Of a stretch of DNA of 64,000 nt, positions 13,121-26,724 are shown piece by piece (the first letter of the stretch is position 1; each line of letters begins with the position of its first letter). The notes beneath the pieces are model-generated. The model was given only the letters and a program-made list of their open reading frames with translations. It did no database searches and was not told where the DNA came from. Position numbers and translations under genes: made by a program. The stretch comes from Mobula birostris (taxonomy: Eukaryota): positions 65,655,717 through 65,719,716 of the forward strand of contig NC_092380.1 in NCBI RefSeq assembly GCF_030028105.1, read 5' to 3'.

Positions 13121-14859
13121 GAGCATAACTTAAAAATAATGGCCGCCTGCCCATTACTTTGCCCAATGATTATAGCTTTTTCATTATTTCTAATGAATAA
13201 TTGTGGAAACAGTTATACATCACAGTTTAAACACCTTCACTTAATTGAGGCACAAATTATATCTTCAGACAATCCACTGCACTTCACATAGCAAATTATA
13301 TGTTTCAGAAGGACAGCTGGCAGAATGCTCAGCAGGCCAACTGTTCACTACAAGATGCCACAACAGCAGAAATGCAGGGTGAACAGTTATTATTTTTAAC
13401 ATTTGATGGAAATCACTTTATACATCTCAGATGATCTTTCTAATCTCCATGAATTTTCAGATTTGAACAACCTTCTTTTGTGCCTTTATCAACCCCTGGT
13501 TCATTTCATGATGGATATAGTCTCAGCCTAAAAGCAACTGATGCCAGTGGAGCAGCAAAATAGGAATGGTGTTTGCATTTGCAGTTATATGACATAACAG
13601 GCCAAAGAGTACTGACTTTTCCTAATGAATTGCTGGTGTTCAGATATTCATAGTGTGTTAAGTCCCAGACCTTATTTTTCATGCCACATTAGCACACAGT
13701 AGAGGGAGCAAAACTTTAGAGGAATTACAAATTCGATCATGAGCCAATGACTTCAATTGGCTCTGAAGAGGTCAAGAAGAAAAAGAGAAGTTTTGGTTTT
13801 TCAAATCACTTTGCTTTAGTCCATTGCTTAATCTTTAATAATTAATTTTGTTTTTTTTACAGTATTTATTTAGTATTTTTAAATGAATATCATGAATTAG
13901 TGACAGCTTTCACAAATGGCCAAGCCTTGGCCCTAGATTTGTCAGCTGTAAGGGGTTGGTATGGTGATCTGGGTGAGGCCTTTGGAATTAACCCCAAGGT
14001 CAGGTTGAAGTCCAGGTAATGCCTCCAGGTTACCAAGCTGTGGAATGTGGCTGAGTGTGACCTTTGCCTCTCAACCACATTTCTATGCAGAAGGCATGGG
14101 GTAGTAAAGTTTTGGCTCCACGTACCTCTTATATGCTTTATATTCATGAAGAGAAAAAAGGAGATATTTGCCAGAATTTAAATGAAATGTGATTAAGTAG
14201 CAGATTTTAAGTATGTGAAGCATTGTTTGCAATTACAGATACAACATATGGATACTAAGCACAGTCACAATGAGTTATTGATGTGCCCGTGTGCCTGCGC
14301 ATGCACCTAAAATATTGTTGCAAGGTCACAGCTAGGTTGGTGTCTGTGAAGGGAACCTTTTAAGCATCCTTAGTAACACAGAAGAAATCCCTTTTTTTAT
14401 ATTTCCACAGATAAATACTCAGCTTCTGGCCTTCACTTGTTAGAATTCTGATGTGACCAAGAACAAAAGTATCATAATTTAGGTCACATTGTAAATTGAA
14501 AACATTCACAGAATGTTCCTGTCATGTTCATGGGTAATCCTAATCAGAAAAATATTTCAGAAAGGAAAAACTGATGGTGCATAGGTATTTTCCAATAGAA
14601 AACATCCACATGAGGAATGACGTTAATGCATTTATCTTTAAGGGATTTAAATGTGACACCTAATCTAGCTTCTGCATATAACTATGATGTCATGACATCT
14701 CACCAAAGGAGGGGCTATTAACTGAGGGTTACAGAGGTTAGAATGGCTGCTAGAAATCAACTCACATTGAAAACAATAGCATCCCTGGAGCTTATACATC
14801 ACCATATCAGGTTCCTAGACACAACTGGCTAGATCATGCAAGTGGCAGCCAAGGCTCCT

Positions 14860-15385
14860 CACATGGAGTCTGCATGCTGTCTCTGCGAATGCTCCTGGGT
14901 GCTTGGGTTTCCTTCCACATCCAAAATATACAAGGCACAGTAGGTTAACTGCCAATTGTAAGTTATCCCTTGTCTGCAGGTGTGGTGCATGGCCATTTGA
15001 TTAAGGCATCGGTCTAGTGATCTGAAGGTCACTAGTTCGAGCCTCAGCAGAGGCAGCGTGTTGTGTCCTTGAGGAAGGCACTTAACCACACATTGCTCTG
15101 TGACGACACTGGTGCCAAGCTGAATTGGTCCTAGTGCCCTTCCCTTGGACAACATCGGTGGCGTGGAGAGGGGAGACTTGCAGCAGGGCAACTGCCAGTC
15201 TTCAATACAACCTTGCTCAGGCCTCAGACATCATCGAAAATCGATGGACAGCCGAAGAAGAAGCAGGTGAGTGGTAAAATCTGGGGGAGTTGATGATAAT
15301 GTGGAGAAATTGAAAATGGGATTAATGTAGGATTCGTGTTGATAGTTGAGATAGACTCAGTGCTCTGAAGGCCTATATCTCTTTA
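14860..15385 (+). mobile_element. V-SINE-like element (HE1-type), interrupted by a younger SINE
   Basis: V-domain-like GGAGTCTGCATG...CCTGGGTGCTTGGGTTTCCTTCCACATCCAAA, continuing after the nested insertion into a CR1-like tail. Confidence 0.6.
14983..15262 (+). mobile_element. tRNA-derived SINE with CORE-like body and (GAA)n tail
   Basis: A-box-like TGGCCATTTGATT, B-box AGTTCGAGCC, CORE-like GTGTCCTTGAGGAAGGCACTTAAC, GAAGAAGAA tail; TSD GCAGGTG at 14976-14982 and 15263-15269. Confidence 0.8.
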
Positions 15386-16769
15386 TGTATCTAACAACCA
15401 CAAAGACTACACTAATCTTACCATTTTAAAGGTTTCTGATATATTTCAAAATTATGAAGAAAATAATTAAACTAAAAATTACTAAGAATTATGTACTTTA
15501 ATCAACATTAACTTTTGTATTTCTGAAGATCATCAATGTGAAATACTAACTCTCTGTTCGTGGTTGCTGCTTGATCTGTGGAGTATTTGCACATATTTCA
15601 ATGTTTATTTCTATCAACTTTGCTTCACATTTTCTTGCTGAACCCTTTCTCTACAAAATCCACTGAAATCAGCGATCACAGATTATATGCTAGATCATAC
15701 CTGCAGCAGAATGCGTGAGGCAAATGCGGAGTGTAATACTGGGGAATTAAACTCCACTGACCTCTGCTCCTTGACCCCACTGGAAGCCTGGCAACAGAGC
15801 CAATTGCACATTCACACTCCAGTTACGGTTGAACTTTTGCAGTTATCAAAATTCAAGGTTAACTTTAGCTTCAAAAGCTAAATGCTAGCATTTCTGATCT
15901 GAAAAACTGACATAATCTGGTCCAATGAAAAAGGTTAATAGGTAGCTTAACTGCAAAGTGTGTACTTATACAGTACACTGCCTTTAAAAGGAGCATTAAT
16001 GCCTTTTCGACTTAAAATTTTCTCTGCTAAAGATAAATCTAATAGGCTTTGTGCTTCTTCTGAGGTGTTAGCCTTGCAAAATGATTTCTGTTTCATAGAG
16101 ACAGTGCCTCCAAGACAGATGTACTGTCAAAATAATTCTGAGGTTGAAGGTATTTGCCATTATGTATGTGTACATGATACACTGACTTTTGACAAGTTAA
16201 ATGCCAACATTCATAAATTGCTGTCTTTGCTGCAACGTTTGCAGTTAGCTTCACATAATGGTACCTTTCTAACTTCCCCAACATTGAAATCTACGGATTG
16301 ACATGAAGCTGCTCAATTGCTCAGAGATATGAAGGAAAAGTGTTACCACTGAAAGAATGCTTTTGCTCAAATTGACAAGATAATCATCAAGTAACACCAA
16401 CCATGTTCTCCAACACAGAAAGTAAAGTATTTCAAGAGCAGAAACACATTCCTTTGAAATTAATCGTAATTGAAAACTTTACTGTGACAAAAGAATCTTT
16501 ATCTCTTTTACCTCACATGCTCAATTTATTCTTGGTTTCTTCCAATGTTTTTCTGAACATTTGATATCAAATCACCCACTCAAATTTACTCCAATTTTCT
16601 GCATTTCACGATCGGTAACTCTGCTTGGCTATATGGCTATAAGGAGCTTATGGTTTTGTTTACTTGATTCTTCATTGCCCTTCATCCCTCACTGAAATTT
16701 GAATTTTTAGCAACTTGTAACACGTACATTAAAAATCTACCATTGTGTGAATAATTCTAAGAGCAGACT

Positions 16770-17500
16770 TTGATTTCAAGAAGGGAAAGGAGGGCTAACA
16801 TGCCCCAGTCTGAATTGAGGGGTTGGCGGTGCAGAGAGTCAGCAACCTTAAATTATTAGGTGATAACATAACAGGTGACCCATTCTCGGTCCGCACATAA
16901 ATATAATCATTAAGAAAATATGCACTGTGATTTGTCCTTGCAAATTTTAATAAACTTCTGATGATGAAAGTATTGAAAATAACCTTACTAGTTGCATCAT
17001 GGTCTGGAATGGCAATTCAAATGCACAGGAACCTTATAAGCTTCAGGGTGTGGTGGACTCTTCCCAATATATTAGTGGCATATCCCTCCCCACCATTAGT
17101 AATATCTATAGGAGGCGTTCTCTGACGAAAGTAACATCCCTTGTTATGGAACCTCACCATTTGGGCCATGCCATGTTTTCGTAGTTACCACTAGGCAGGA
17201 GGTTTTGATGCCTGAAGTCTCATATCACCAGGTTCTAGAACAGCTACTTTATTTCAACCATTCAGTTCTTGAACCAACTAGCAAAACCCTAAACAATTTA
17301 GCAATACCATGGACACGTTGACCATTTTGCACTAAGATGGCCTTTGTTTTATTGTATTCTAATCGTGTTTACTTATAAAAATGTGTATATTTTACTTCAC
17401 ATTTATGTAATTTATGTTTCTCTTGTGCATGATACTACTGCAACAAAGCTTTTCATTGCACATGTACTTGTGCAGATGGCAGCCAACTCAACTTTGACTA
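16770..17500 (+). mobile_element. Rex1/Babar LINE 3' fragment, degenerate
   Basis: ORF 16999..17184 (MVWNGNSNAQEPYKLQGVVDSSQYISG...EPHHLGH) matches the Rex1 C-terminal region. Confidence 0.75.
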
Positions 17501-18969
17501 ACAGCAGATACAATTGCAGCAGAATTTTGGCAATAGTATTGTAAACTTATCTTTGATTTCTGATCCTCTCTTGTAGCTGGTAAATTCACAAATCTTGTAG
17601 CACCAGAAGGGTGGTAGCCAGGTATAGTATATCAAAGTATTGACTCAAGACCAGATTCCTTAGAGCAGGACCTTCAGCGACAAGCATTACACTAACATCC
17701 ATTTAGTTGGTGAAGCACTTTTTAAGTGCAATCACTATTGCAAAGTAGGCAATTAGATAGAAAATGTATCCATAAAAGTTCTAAAAGGCATTAAAATGAT
17801 CAGACTGTGGCCCAGAATAGTGAGAATGGAAAACGAAACTGCAGATACTACATATCTAAAATAAAACAGAAATAACCCCAATGGCCAAACAGGTCAGACA
17901 GCACTTATGGGAAGTGAAGAGTTAATGTTTTAGATTGAAGATCTTTCATCAGAATTGCAACTTTCAAGTCTGCAACATGAAAAGATAGATCTGTTCCTCT
18001 TCACATTGACCTACTTAGTATTTTCGGCCCTTTCTGTTTTTATATTGTTGCAGCCCAGGGCGTGGTCCGCTGTAAGCTGCCATGCTTATTGCTGATGCAC
18101 AGAATAGCTTCCATTCAGCTTATACACTTCCTTTCTTCCCAAGCATGAACAATTTGAAAGAGGCTGGCATGAACCTCATGCATGACTGGGTATTTGGCAA
18201 TGTAAATGACTGAAGTTTTGGCATGTGGATGTGTAATGAACAAGAGCCACTCACAAAACAGATGGAAAGTCTTAACCAAGCAGCTAATCAATGATCCTGG
18301 TTTAGCTGGATGACTTTCAAACCTACTTAAAAGTTAAAACTTGCTTCAAAACTTCCAACTATTAAAATAGTAGAAATCAAGTTAAAGCTATAACGCTTGA
18401 TTTTAAAATGGTTAAAACACGAACGTGAATAAATATTTGAAATGCTCAGATAGGGAATAAAGATCTCTTGCAACTGTTCATTTTCATTGCAATGAAGTGA
18501 ACATTGAATACCTGAGCTAAGTCTAACTGATGAAAGTAGCTCCAGCTGATTCCCACCGTAAGTGGATGTGACTCTCTCAATTTTTACACTTGCATACTGG
18601 ATATTATCAGCACAGTGGAAGAAATGCCAGAAAATAGCCAGAATTCAAATTTGGGACCTTTGCGTTCCAGGACATATTCACAGGAATGCAGAACTTGCTG
18701 GTACTTGTGGGAAATGTGGATTGAACTTTTCTCCACAGACAAATGGTCAACATGTGTTTTCTTCTTGTGTTTTAAGTCTTGTTTGAAGCAGTGACACCTG
18801 AGATGACCAAAGTTCAAAGTACATTTTATTATTGAAGTACATACATGTCACCATATACAACCCTGAGATTCATTTTCCCATGGGCATTCTCAGCAAATCT
18901 ATAAAATTGTAACTATATCAGGATCAATGAATGATCAATCGGAGTTCAGAAGACAGCCAACTGTGCAAA

Positions 18970-20956
18970 TACCTCAGCATAGGGAACCTTGGTTTACAAG
19001 GGATCTTGACAATCTGGTTAAGAAAAAGAGAGAGGTGTATAGCAGGTATAGGCAACAAGGAAAACATGAGGTACTTGAAGAGTATAGAAAATGTAAGAAA
19101 ATACTAAAGAAGGAAATCAGGAAGGCAAAAAGAAGACATGAGGTTGCTTTGGCAGATAATGTGAAGGTAAACTCGTAGGGTTTCTACAAGTATATTAAGA
19201 GTAAAAGGATAGTAAGGGACAAAATTGGTCCCCTAGAAGATCAAAGCCGTCATCTCTGTGTGGAGCCTCACGAGATCGGGGAGATCTTAACACAATATTT
19301 TTGCATCAGTATTTACTCAGGAAACTAGCATATTGTATATGGAAGGAAGGGAAACAAGCAGCAGTGTCATGGAACATATAGGGATTAAAAAGGAGGAGGT
19401 GCTTGCTGCCTTACAGCGAATAATGGTAGATAAATCCCCCGCGCCTGACATGATATTTCCTCGGATCTTGAGAGAGACTAGTGTAGAAATTGTGGGGGCC
19501 CTGGCAGAAATATTTAAAATGTCCTTAGCCACGGGTATGGTGCCGGATGATTGGAGGGTAGCTCATGTTGATCCGTTGTTTAAAAAAGGCTCCAAAAGTA
19601 AACCGAGTAATTACAGGCTGGTGAGTCTGACATCAGTAGTAGGCAAATCATTGGAAGGTGTTCTGAGCGATTGGATATACAAGTATTTGAATAGCCAAGG
19701 TCTGACTAAGGATAGTCAGCATGGCTTTGTGCATGGTAGATCATGTTTAACGAATCTTGTAGAGTTTTTTGAGGAGGTTACCACGAAAGTAGATGAAGGA
19801 AAGGCTGTGGATGTTGTCTACACGGACTTTAGTAAGGTCTTTGACAAGGTCCCACATGGGAGGTTAGTTCAGAAGGTTCAGACACTAGGTATCCATGGAG
19901 AGGTTGTAAACTGGATTCCAGAAGTCAGAGAGTGGTAGTGGATGATCGCTTCTCAGACTGGAGGCCTGTGACTAGTGGTGTGCCTCAAGGATCTGTGCTG
20001 GGACCATTGTTGTTTGTTGTCTATATCAATGATCTAGATAATAATGTGGTAAATTGGATCAGCAATTTTGCTGATGACACTAAGATTGGAGGCATTGTGA
20101 ACAGTGAGGAAGGCTTTCAAAGCTTGCAGAGGGATCTGGATCAACTGGAAAAATGGGCCAGAAAATGGCAGATGGAATTTAATGCAGACGAGTGTGAGGT
20201 GTTGCATTTTGGAAGGACAAATCAAGGTAGGACATACACAGTAAATGGTGGGGCACTAAGGAGTGTGGAGGAACAAAGAGATCTGGGAGTTCAGATACGT
20301 AATTCCCTGAAAGTGGCATCACAGGTAGACAGGGTTGTAAAGAAGGTTTTTGGCATCCTGGCATTCATAAATCAAAGTATTGAGTATAGGAGTTAAGATG
20401 TTATGGGGAGGTTGTATAAGACATTGGTGAGGCCAAATTTGGAGTATTGTGTATAGTTCTGGTCACCTAACTATAGGAAGGATATCAGTAAGATTGAAAG
20501 AGTGCAGAGAAAATTTACTAGGATGTTGCCGGGTCTTTAGGAGTTGAGTTACGGAGAAAGATTGAACAGGTTAGGACTTTATCCCTTGGAGTGCAGAAGA
20601 ATGAGGGGAGATTTGACAGAGGTTTACAAAATTATGAGGGGTATAGACAGAGTAAATGTGAATAGGCTCTTTCCACTTAGATGAGGAGAGATAAATACAA
20701 GAGGACATGGCTTTAGGGTGAAAGGGGAAAGGTTTAGGGGAAACTTTTTCAATCAGAGAGTGGTGGGAGTGTGGAAGAAGCTGCCATCTGACATGGTAAA
20801 TGCGGGCTCATTCTTAAGAATAAATTGGATAGGTACATGGATGGGAGAGGACTGGATGCAGGTCAATGGGACCAACGGAATAATGTTTCGGCACAGACTA
20901 GAAGGACCAAATGGCCTGTTTGCTGTGCTGTAGTGTTCTATGGTTCTATGGTTCTA
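18970..20956 (+). mobile_element. CR1 LINE, 5'-truncated, relatively young
   Basis: ORFs 19333..19938 and 19932..20396 have NYRLVSLTSVVGK, SQHGF, DFSKVFDKV, SGVPQGSVLGPLLF and FADDTK; the 3' end is a (TTCTATGG)n tail. Confidence 0.95.
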
Positions 20957-21349
20957 ATTGAGTCCCCTTTCCCTATAATATCTCCTTCCTAATACAATAA
21001 TGATAACGTACATTGAGTTTCAATAGCTTAAGCATTTCTCTGATAAACATATACAATGGCACTGTAGGAATAGATAATAAGGAAAATATTGTTTAGTTAT
21101 GCTTTGAAAATAATGCAAACTAATTCAAAGGTTTTTAATATTTTCTTGTTCCTACATATTAGGATGATCCTTGCCTCAGTATAATTTGTCTAATTCAGTT
21201 AAACATTAATAACCTGAATCAACACATAGGAACAAATAATGTCTGAATAAATTTACTAGGGCTGCAAATTACACTCAAGGTACAGACTGGTCAAGTTTAT
21301 GTAATAGTCTTACAATATAAACTCAATTTCTGACAGTACTATTGTCCCT

Positions 21350-22140
21350 CAGACCTTGGTGAACAAACTCCTACCCCTTGGTCAAAATACACCACTGTGC
21401 AACTGGGTGTTGGACTTCCTAACCCACAGACCTCAAATAGACAGGATGCACAACTGCTCCTCCTTCTCCATCATCCTCAACAAAGGTGCTCCATAGAGCT
21501 CTGTGCTAGCCCATAGCTGTACACATTATACACAGTCAGGAAGGCTCACTAGTACATCTACTTTCTGAGGAGGTTGAAGAGATCTGGACTATGCACATCT
21601 ATACTACAGACTTCCAGTAGAGAGCAACCTAACAAGCTGCATCACTGCTTGGTACAGAAACTGCACTGCAGCAGACAGGAGGGGTCTACAACAGGTAGTA
21701 AAAACATCACTGGCACCAGCTTACCTGCCATCAAGGATATATATACAGACAGGTGCTAGAAAAGGGCCAGTAACATCATGAAGGATTCCACTCACTCTAT
21801 CTGTCCACTCCCATCAGGAGGGAGGCTACATTGCAACCACGCCAGAACCACCAAACTTTAAAACAGTTACCTTACCAAGCAGTAAGGTTGATCAATATCT
21901 CCTCCCACTAACTACCAGTACGTTACCATATCCTGTCTGTCCACCTTATGTACAGGCACTCCTGTGCCTAGTGTTACTTTATGGGCATGCAATCAATCTA
22001 TGCATATAAGCTATCTTATGTATTAATATTTATTAAACATTTTACTTATTATTGTTCTTTATCTTATTATGTTTTTTTTGTGCTGCATCAGATCTGGAGT
22101 ACCAATTATTTCGTTCTCCTTTACACCTAACATTTACACT
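21350..22140 (+). mobile_element. Rex1/Babar LINE fragment with internal deletions
   Basis: LCNWVLDFLTHRPQ, HLYFLRRLKR and ITGTSLPAIKDIYT motifs; 3' UTR homologous to 56760-57428. Confidence 0.8.
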
Positions 22141-25100
22141 TCTCCTTGACATGAAACAATCAACTTTGGAGCAGTTTGAGAACTGAACCTTGCACATAGA
22201 ACCTAGAACATTACAGCACCGTAAACTGGCGCACCTGGAGGAAACCCATAAAGGGAGAAAGTACAAACTCCTTACAGACAGTGGTGGCACTGTAATAGTT
22301 TATATTAACTGCTGCGCTACTGTGCCACACCAAAGTCTCCAATACCTTCAAGGATTGAACTTTGGCCTTCTGCTCCCATCTATTTGCTGCTCTTTGGAAA
22401 CCCCAATAGTCAATATGACGTTGGCCATATGGTACTCAAGCTTGGAGCTACCACTGCTTCAGTATTATTGGGCTACTTGATTAACTGCATCAAATAATGG
22501 AAACCTGAGGGATTTTCTGAACATTCCACAAAACGATTGCTATTCACCTTGAGCCCTGCTTCATCATGAACCACACTGTTTGCTACCTCAGCATTCTGCT
22601 TGATTTGGATCAAGGTCCCAATCCCCCTTCCTCACTTTCAAAAAATCTACTGACTTCTCCAAAACAATAAGTTGTGTTCATTCCAATCCTTTTCATTCTG
22701 AAATACTCAATTAAGTCATTGTAATTTTCTGATGCATAATCCAATCCCCTCCTGCCGGATGACCATATCTTACCTTCATCTATCATCATCACCTCAAAAT
22801 CTTTACTGCCCAGTTGAGTATTATTTTTCTCCCTCTGTGCATTGGATGCTTTTTTTAAATGGGTTCTTTTGAGTTTATTGTTTTGTGGCTGCCTGTAGGT
22901 CATCGAATCCCAAGGTTGTATAATTTATACATACTTTCATAATAAATGTACTTTGAATTTTGAACTATCATGCAGTAAATTTTACTTTCATCACAATTGA
23001 ACTTTCTCTTCCATTCTCCTCAAAATCTGAGATTGTCATCATGGTTCAATGACTTCTTGGCTTTACCCTTTCCCTTCCTTACTCCTACTTTGCAATTTTC
23101 CAGCCCTGAGCATACAATCATCAGAATGGGATGTCTTCTGTGCCATTCCACTAATCTTGAGCCTTCAGATTCTCAATATCAATTCTCTATTTGCCTTCAT
23201 TCTTCCCCTCATATTCACTGATCTTTTCCCAATCTTCTGAATTCCCTCACCTTGTTAACGCTCACGTTCTCACTCCCAGCTTCAGTCCTCCTCTTCCTCC
23301 CTAGCTTTTCAACATTTGTCTGATCTTCCCTTTCCAGTCTCAATTTATTTGCCTTAGTACCTGCTAGTGCATTTGATCTGAATACACAGACAAGTGGGTC
23401 TAGAAATGTAAACTGAATACTCTGCCCAAATATCTTCCAGCTTGTAACCCTACTTTTCTGTTAGTGATATTTTATCTCACTTCTGTGCAATCACAGGAAA
23501 TCAATATTTAGCTATGTGCTAGAGTAGTTAAAATACAATGGTAGCAGAAATCAGTCTCATTTTCACCAGCATATCACAGGTTGTTATGTTGTTATATCTA
23601 TCTTGGGAGCATCCTGATCCCATGTCTAACAGACGATATGTTTAGATGAATATTTTCACACCAGAAATAAGTATGTACAGTTCTGACAGTGGCAGCTGAC
23701 CTGGATCACAGAGTAAAGTCATTTATTTACAAATTGCTGGTGCTGAGATTTGTGTTCCAAATGCTTTACTTAAGTGGTTTGGAAAGAAATATATAGCAAC
23801 CATGTCATAAATAAACCAATCTCTATCTGGTCCAAGGTCCAGAATGCTTTCTCAAGGTCAGCTTAGTTGACGAATCTATGATTATGGTCAAGTTACAATT
23901 AGCCTCAGTGTACCTGAATTCAAGAATAAGAGATGTGGATTTGAGATGATAAAAAGCTTTGAGTGCTTGGCAAAGATTCTTATGCCGTAAATTTGTAACA
24001 TTTTATGATTTCATTGCACATTCTGTGTCAGCTTATGCATGAAGAAATGCTACCTATGGAACTGTACTCCAGGAGTAACTAAGTGGGAAAAGAAATAAAA
24101 AATGAAGTCACATTGTGTAATTCAAATTTCCTATCTTTAGATTGCTTCTTGTGAGATGAAGCATTGCAAACACCCCAAACATCCAGCACCATTCACAATC
24201 CTCTGTGGAAAATCAGTTATTTAGCCACTTAAAATTTTAACAGATATAATGCTTATAATTACTGAACATGCTGATAAATCAGCAGCAGGGTCACATCAAC
24301 AGAGATAAGCAGGTAGTTTTTCTTTTGCATTAATCAATTGTGGATTTTCAAATAATTTACAGAGGGTTTACAACAAAAATTAAAGTAGATATGATCAGAG
24401 TACCAATTCGAAAACACCATTTTCTCAATTATTCTACTAAATCTCATCTTGCTTCTCCATATTTAACGTTTCCCTGGGAAATCGGCCACTCATGAAAACA
24501 CTGCAAATACTGTAAATCTGTGCTCACTAAAGTGCAAAAACATTAATCAGTATATTTATGGATCCTCTTCTGTGAAGTAATTTTGCTACTGAGACCCTGC
24601 TGTTGATTGTTGCTCTTTGTAAAAGTACCCTGTGAGGAACTGCATATTTACAACATTGGCTTTCTAAATGAGAGATCACATTCATTATGTTTTGAGAGTT
24701 TTCCATTTTATTTTCAAGGTTACTTCTCATTGCCTCCTACTCACCATCTGGGCACAGACAAGGGCAATATTCAGAAAAGCAGCACAAAATGCTTAGAACA
24801 CCTAAGATGTTAGTGTCAGTTTAATTTGACTAAGATAACAGTGGGGATGGTTAGAAAAACAGCAGACTCTGCTCATAATAGCTTCTGCTTAAAAAAAACC
24901 TCAGGGGAAACAGCAATCACAGAATTATGCACAGCTGGTGCAGAGCATCCAGGAACATAACCAGATCTTCCCTCAACCCTGCATAGGGCAGCCCTGATCA
25001 GCTAGTTATAACATTGTACCAGACGTACCAATGTTGCCACTAAAAGAACTTAGTTTTGCCCGAGGTTGTCAGAGATGTTGATCAGAGACTGACCAGAAAT

Positions 25101-26004
25101 AGCTGATGACCATCCAGAGTTTGCCACGCACAGACTGAAATTTCCTTACTCTTTTCATGTACTTCCACTAGGCAATAGTAAAGGCAAACTTTGCTCTGCA
25201 TTCTAATCACCTTTACTTACATATTCTCCACAAGTGCCATGGTAAAAGCATCAAATTACTGTGCTTGCTGGAAATAAAGAGAATCCGAAAAGCACATGAC
25301 ATCATTGGACTGGCAATAGTATTTTACCCCAGGTTTTGCCCCTCATCTAACACCAGTTGCACCAACTATATGCCTTGGTGATGTAGAGGAGAGCCAAGTG
25401 GTCACATTGAGAACTTGTAAATGCCACACAAACATGTCCACTGATGTTTCAGTCCAAACCTCGTGTTTAGTATTGTGGAAAAATGCATAATTTTTTGACT
25501 TTCAGACCAACTGGCCACAGAATGCACTGTCCTTTGTTGTGGTCACATTTATATTCACATCACTATTTCTAGCTTCTTACATTTGTTTGTTTGTTTTCTA
25601 AGATAGTTTGCAACTTTTTATGAAGCCAACCTTCTATCTGGGTAGGAAATAGGAATGTCCAGTGGGAATCTGAGTACGGTTTGAATTGAAGGAATCAAAG
25701 GAGGGAATGGAGGGAAACTACTTGGACTCTGTAGAGGGTAGAGAGAGGTTAATTTGAAAAATGGAGTTCCCTTCAATCTACAAACTCATAAACAAGACCA
25801 TAGCGTGAGTGGGAGAGGCTTAGGCAAAAAGAGGCAAAAGCTCTAGGTAAGTTTCTTTTCTCGATGTCTATTATTATATAGCTAATTTGGTGAGAATAGG
25901 CCCAGGATTGGTAGTATGTTCTTCGTGTGAGATCTGGGAACTCTGGGAGACCTCCAGTCTTCCTGACAACTATATCTGCACATGGTGCATCCAGCTGCAG
26001 TTCC

Positions 26005-26724
26005 CAGACATCCCACCTCTCCCGGAAGTTCCGGGGGTCTCCTGCATATCCATAGTGGCTCCCTGATGCCCAGAAATTATTTACAATATCCCGGATGTAG
26101 ATTTTTTTGAGAGGGAGAGGGAGAGCGAGCATCCTGATTGGCCTCTCTTCGTGCTAAGAGTGGTCCTCAACCACTGGGCCGCGAGGAAACAATATGATTT
26201 GGCGATATGAGTCAGCTGAACCTTTCCTCATTCCCTGTCATGCACTTTTTTGGCTTTTTTCTTAAAGATGTGCTGGGTGTGTTCTGGCTACCGCTGTATT
26301 CTTCACGGCCTGGAGGTTTGGGACCACTGTTACAATTGACTTATCACTACATTCATGCGAGGAAAATATGTGCTGTGTGTTTAATATTAAATTCTTCAGA
26401 TAAACCCCTTTAGAAATGAAATTGAGTGTATTAGCCACTTACAAGTGACACCACCTATATTCCAGTCGCGTTTAACACCCAAACCCACCCCCCCCCCCGC
26501 CACCAGGTTAGCCGGTCCGCAAGAATATTGTCAATATATAGTATAAGTACGTATTTTAATGTCACATTTGCTGCATATACCCAACTTGGTTTACAGATTG
26601 GACAAAATCACTAAACAAAGTATTACATACACCCTTGGAGGTTGACGGGCGGGGCATGGAATATGGGGTTGGGGGGCAGGGGTGCTACCTCCCTGAAATG
26701 AATTTTTGCAGGGTGGGATGTCTG
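26005..26724. mobile_element. Non-autonomous hAT-like DNA transposon inserted in CR1 ORF1
   Basis: 13-bp TIRs CAGACATCCCACC / GGTGGGATGTCTG; flanks AGTTCC / AGTTCT; removing it restores the CR1 ORF1 frame (QLQFLTNRIRKL). Confidence 0.75.
26158..26329. mobile_element. hAT-Charlie-type MITE nested in the previous element
   Basis: TIR-like GAGTGGTCCTCAACC / GGTTTGGGACCACTG (Charlie-like CAGTGGTCCCCAACC); no clear TSD. Confidence 0.6.
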
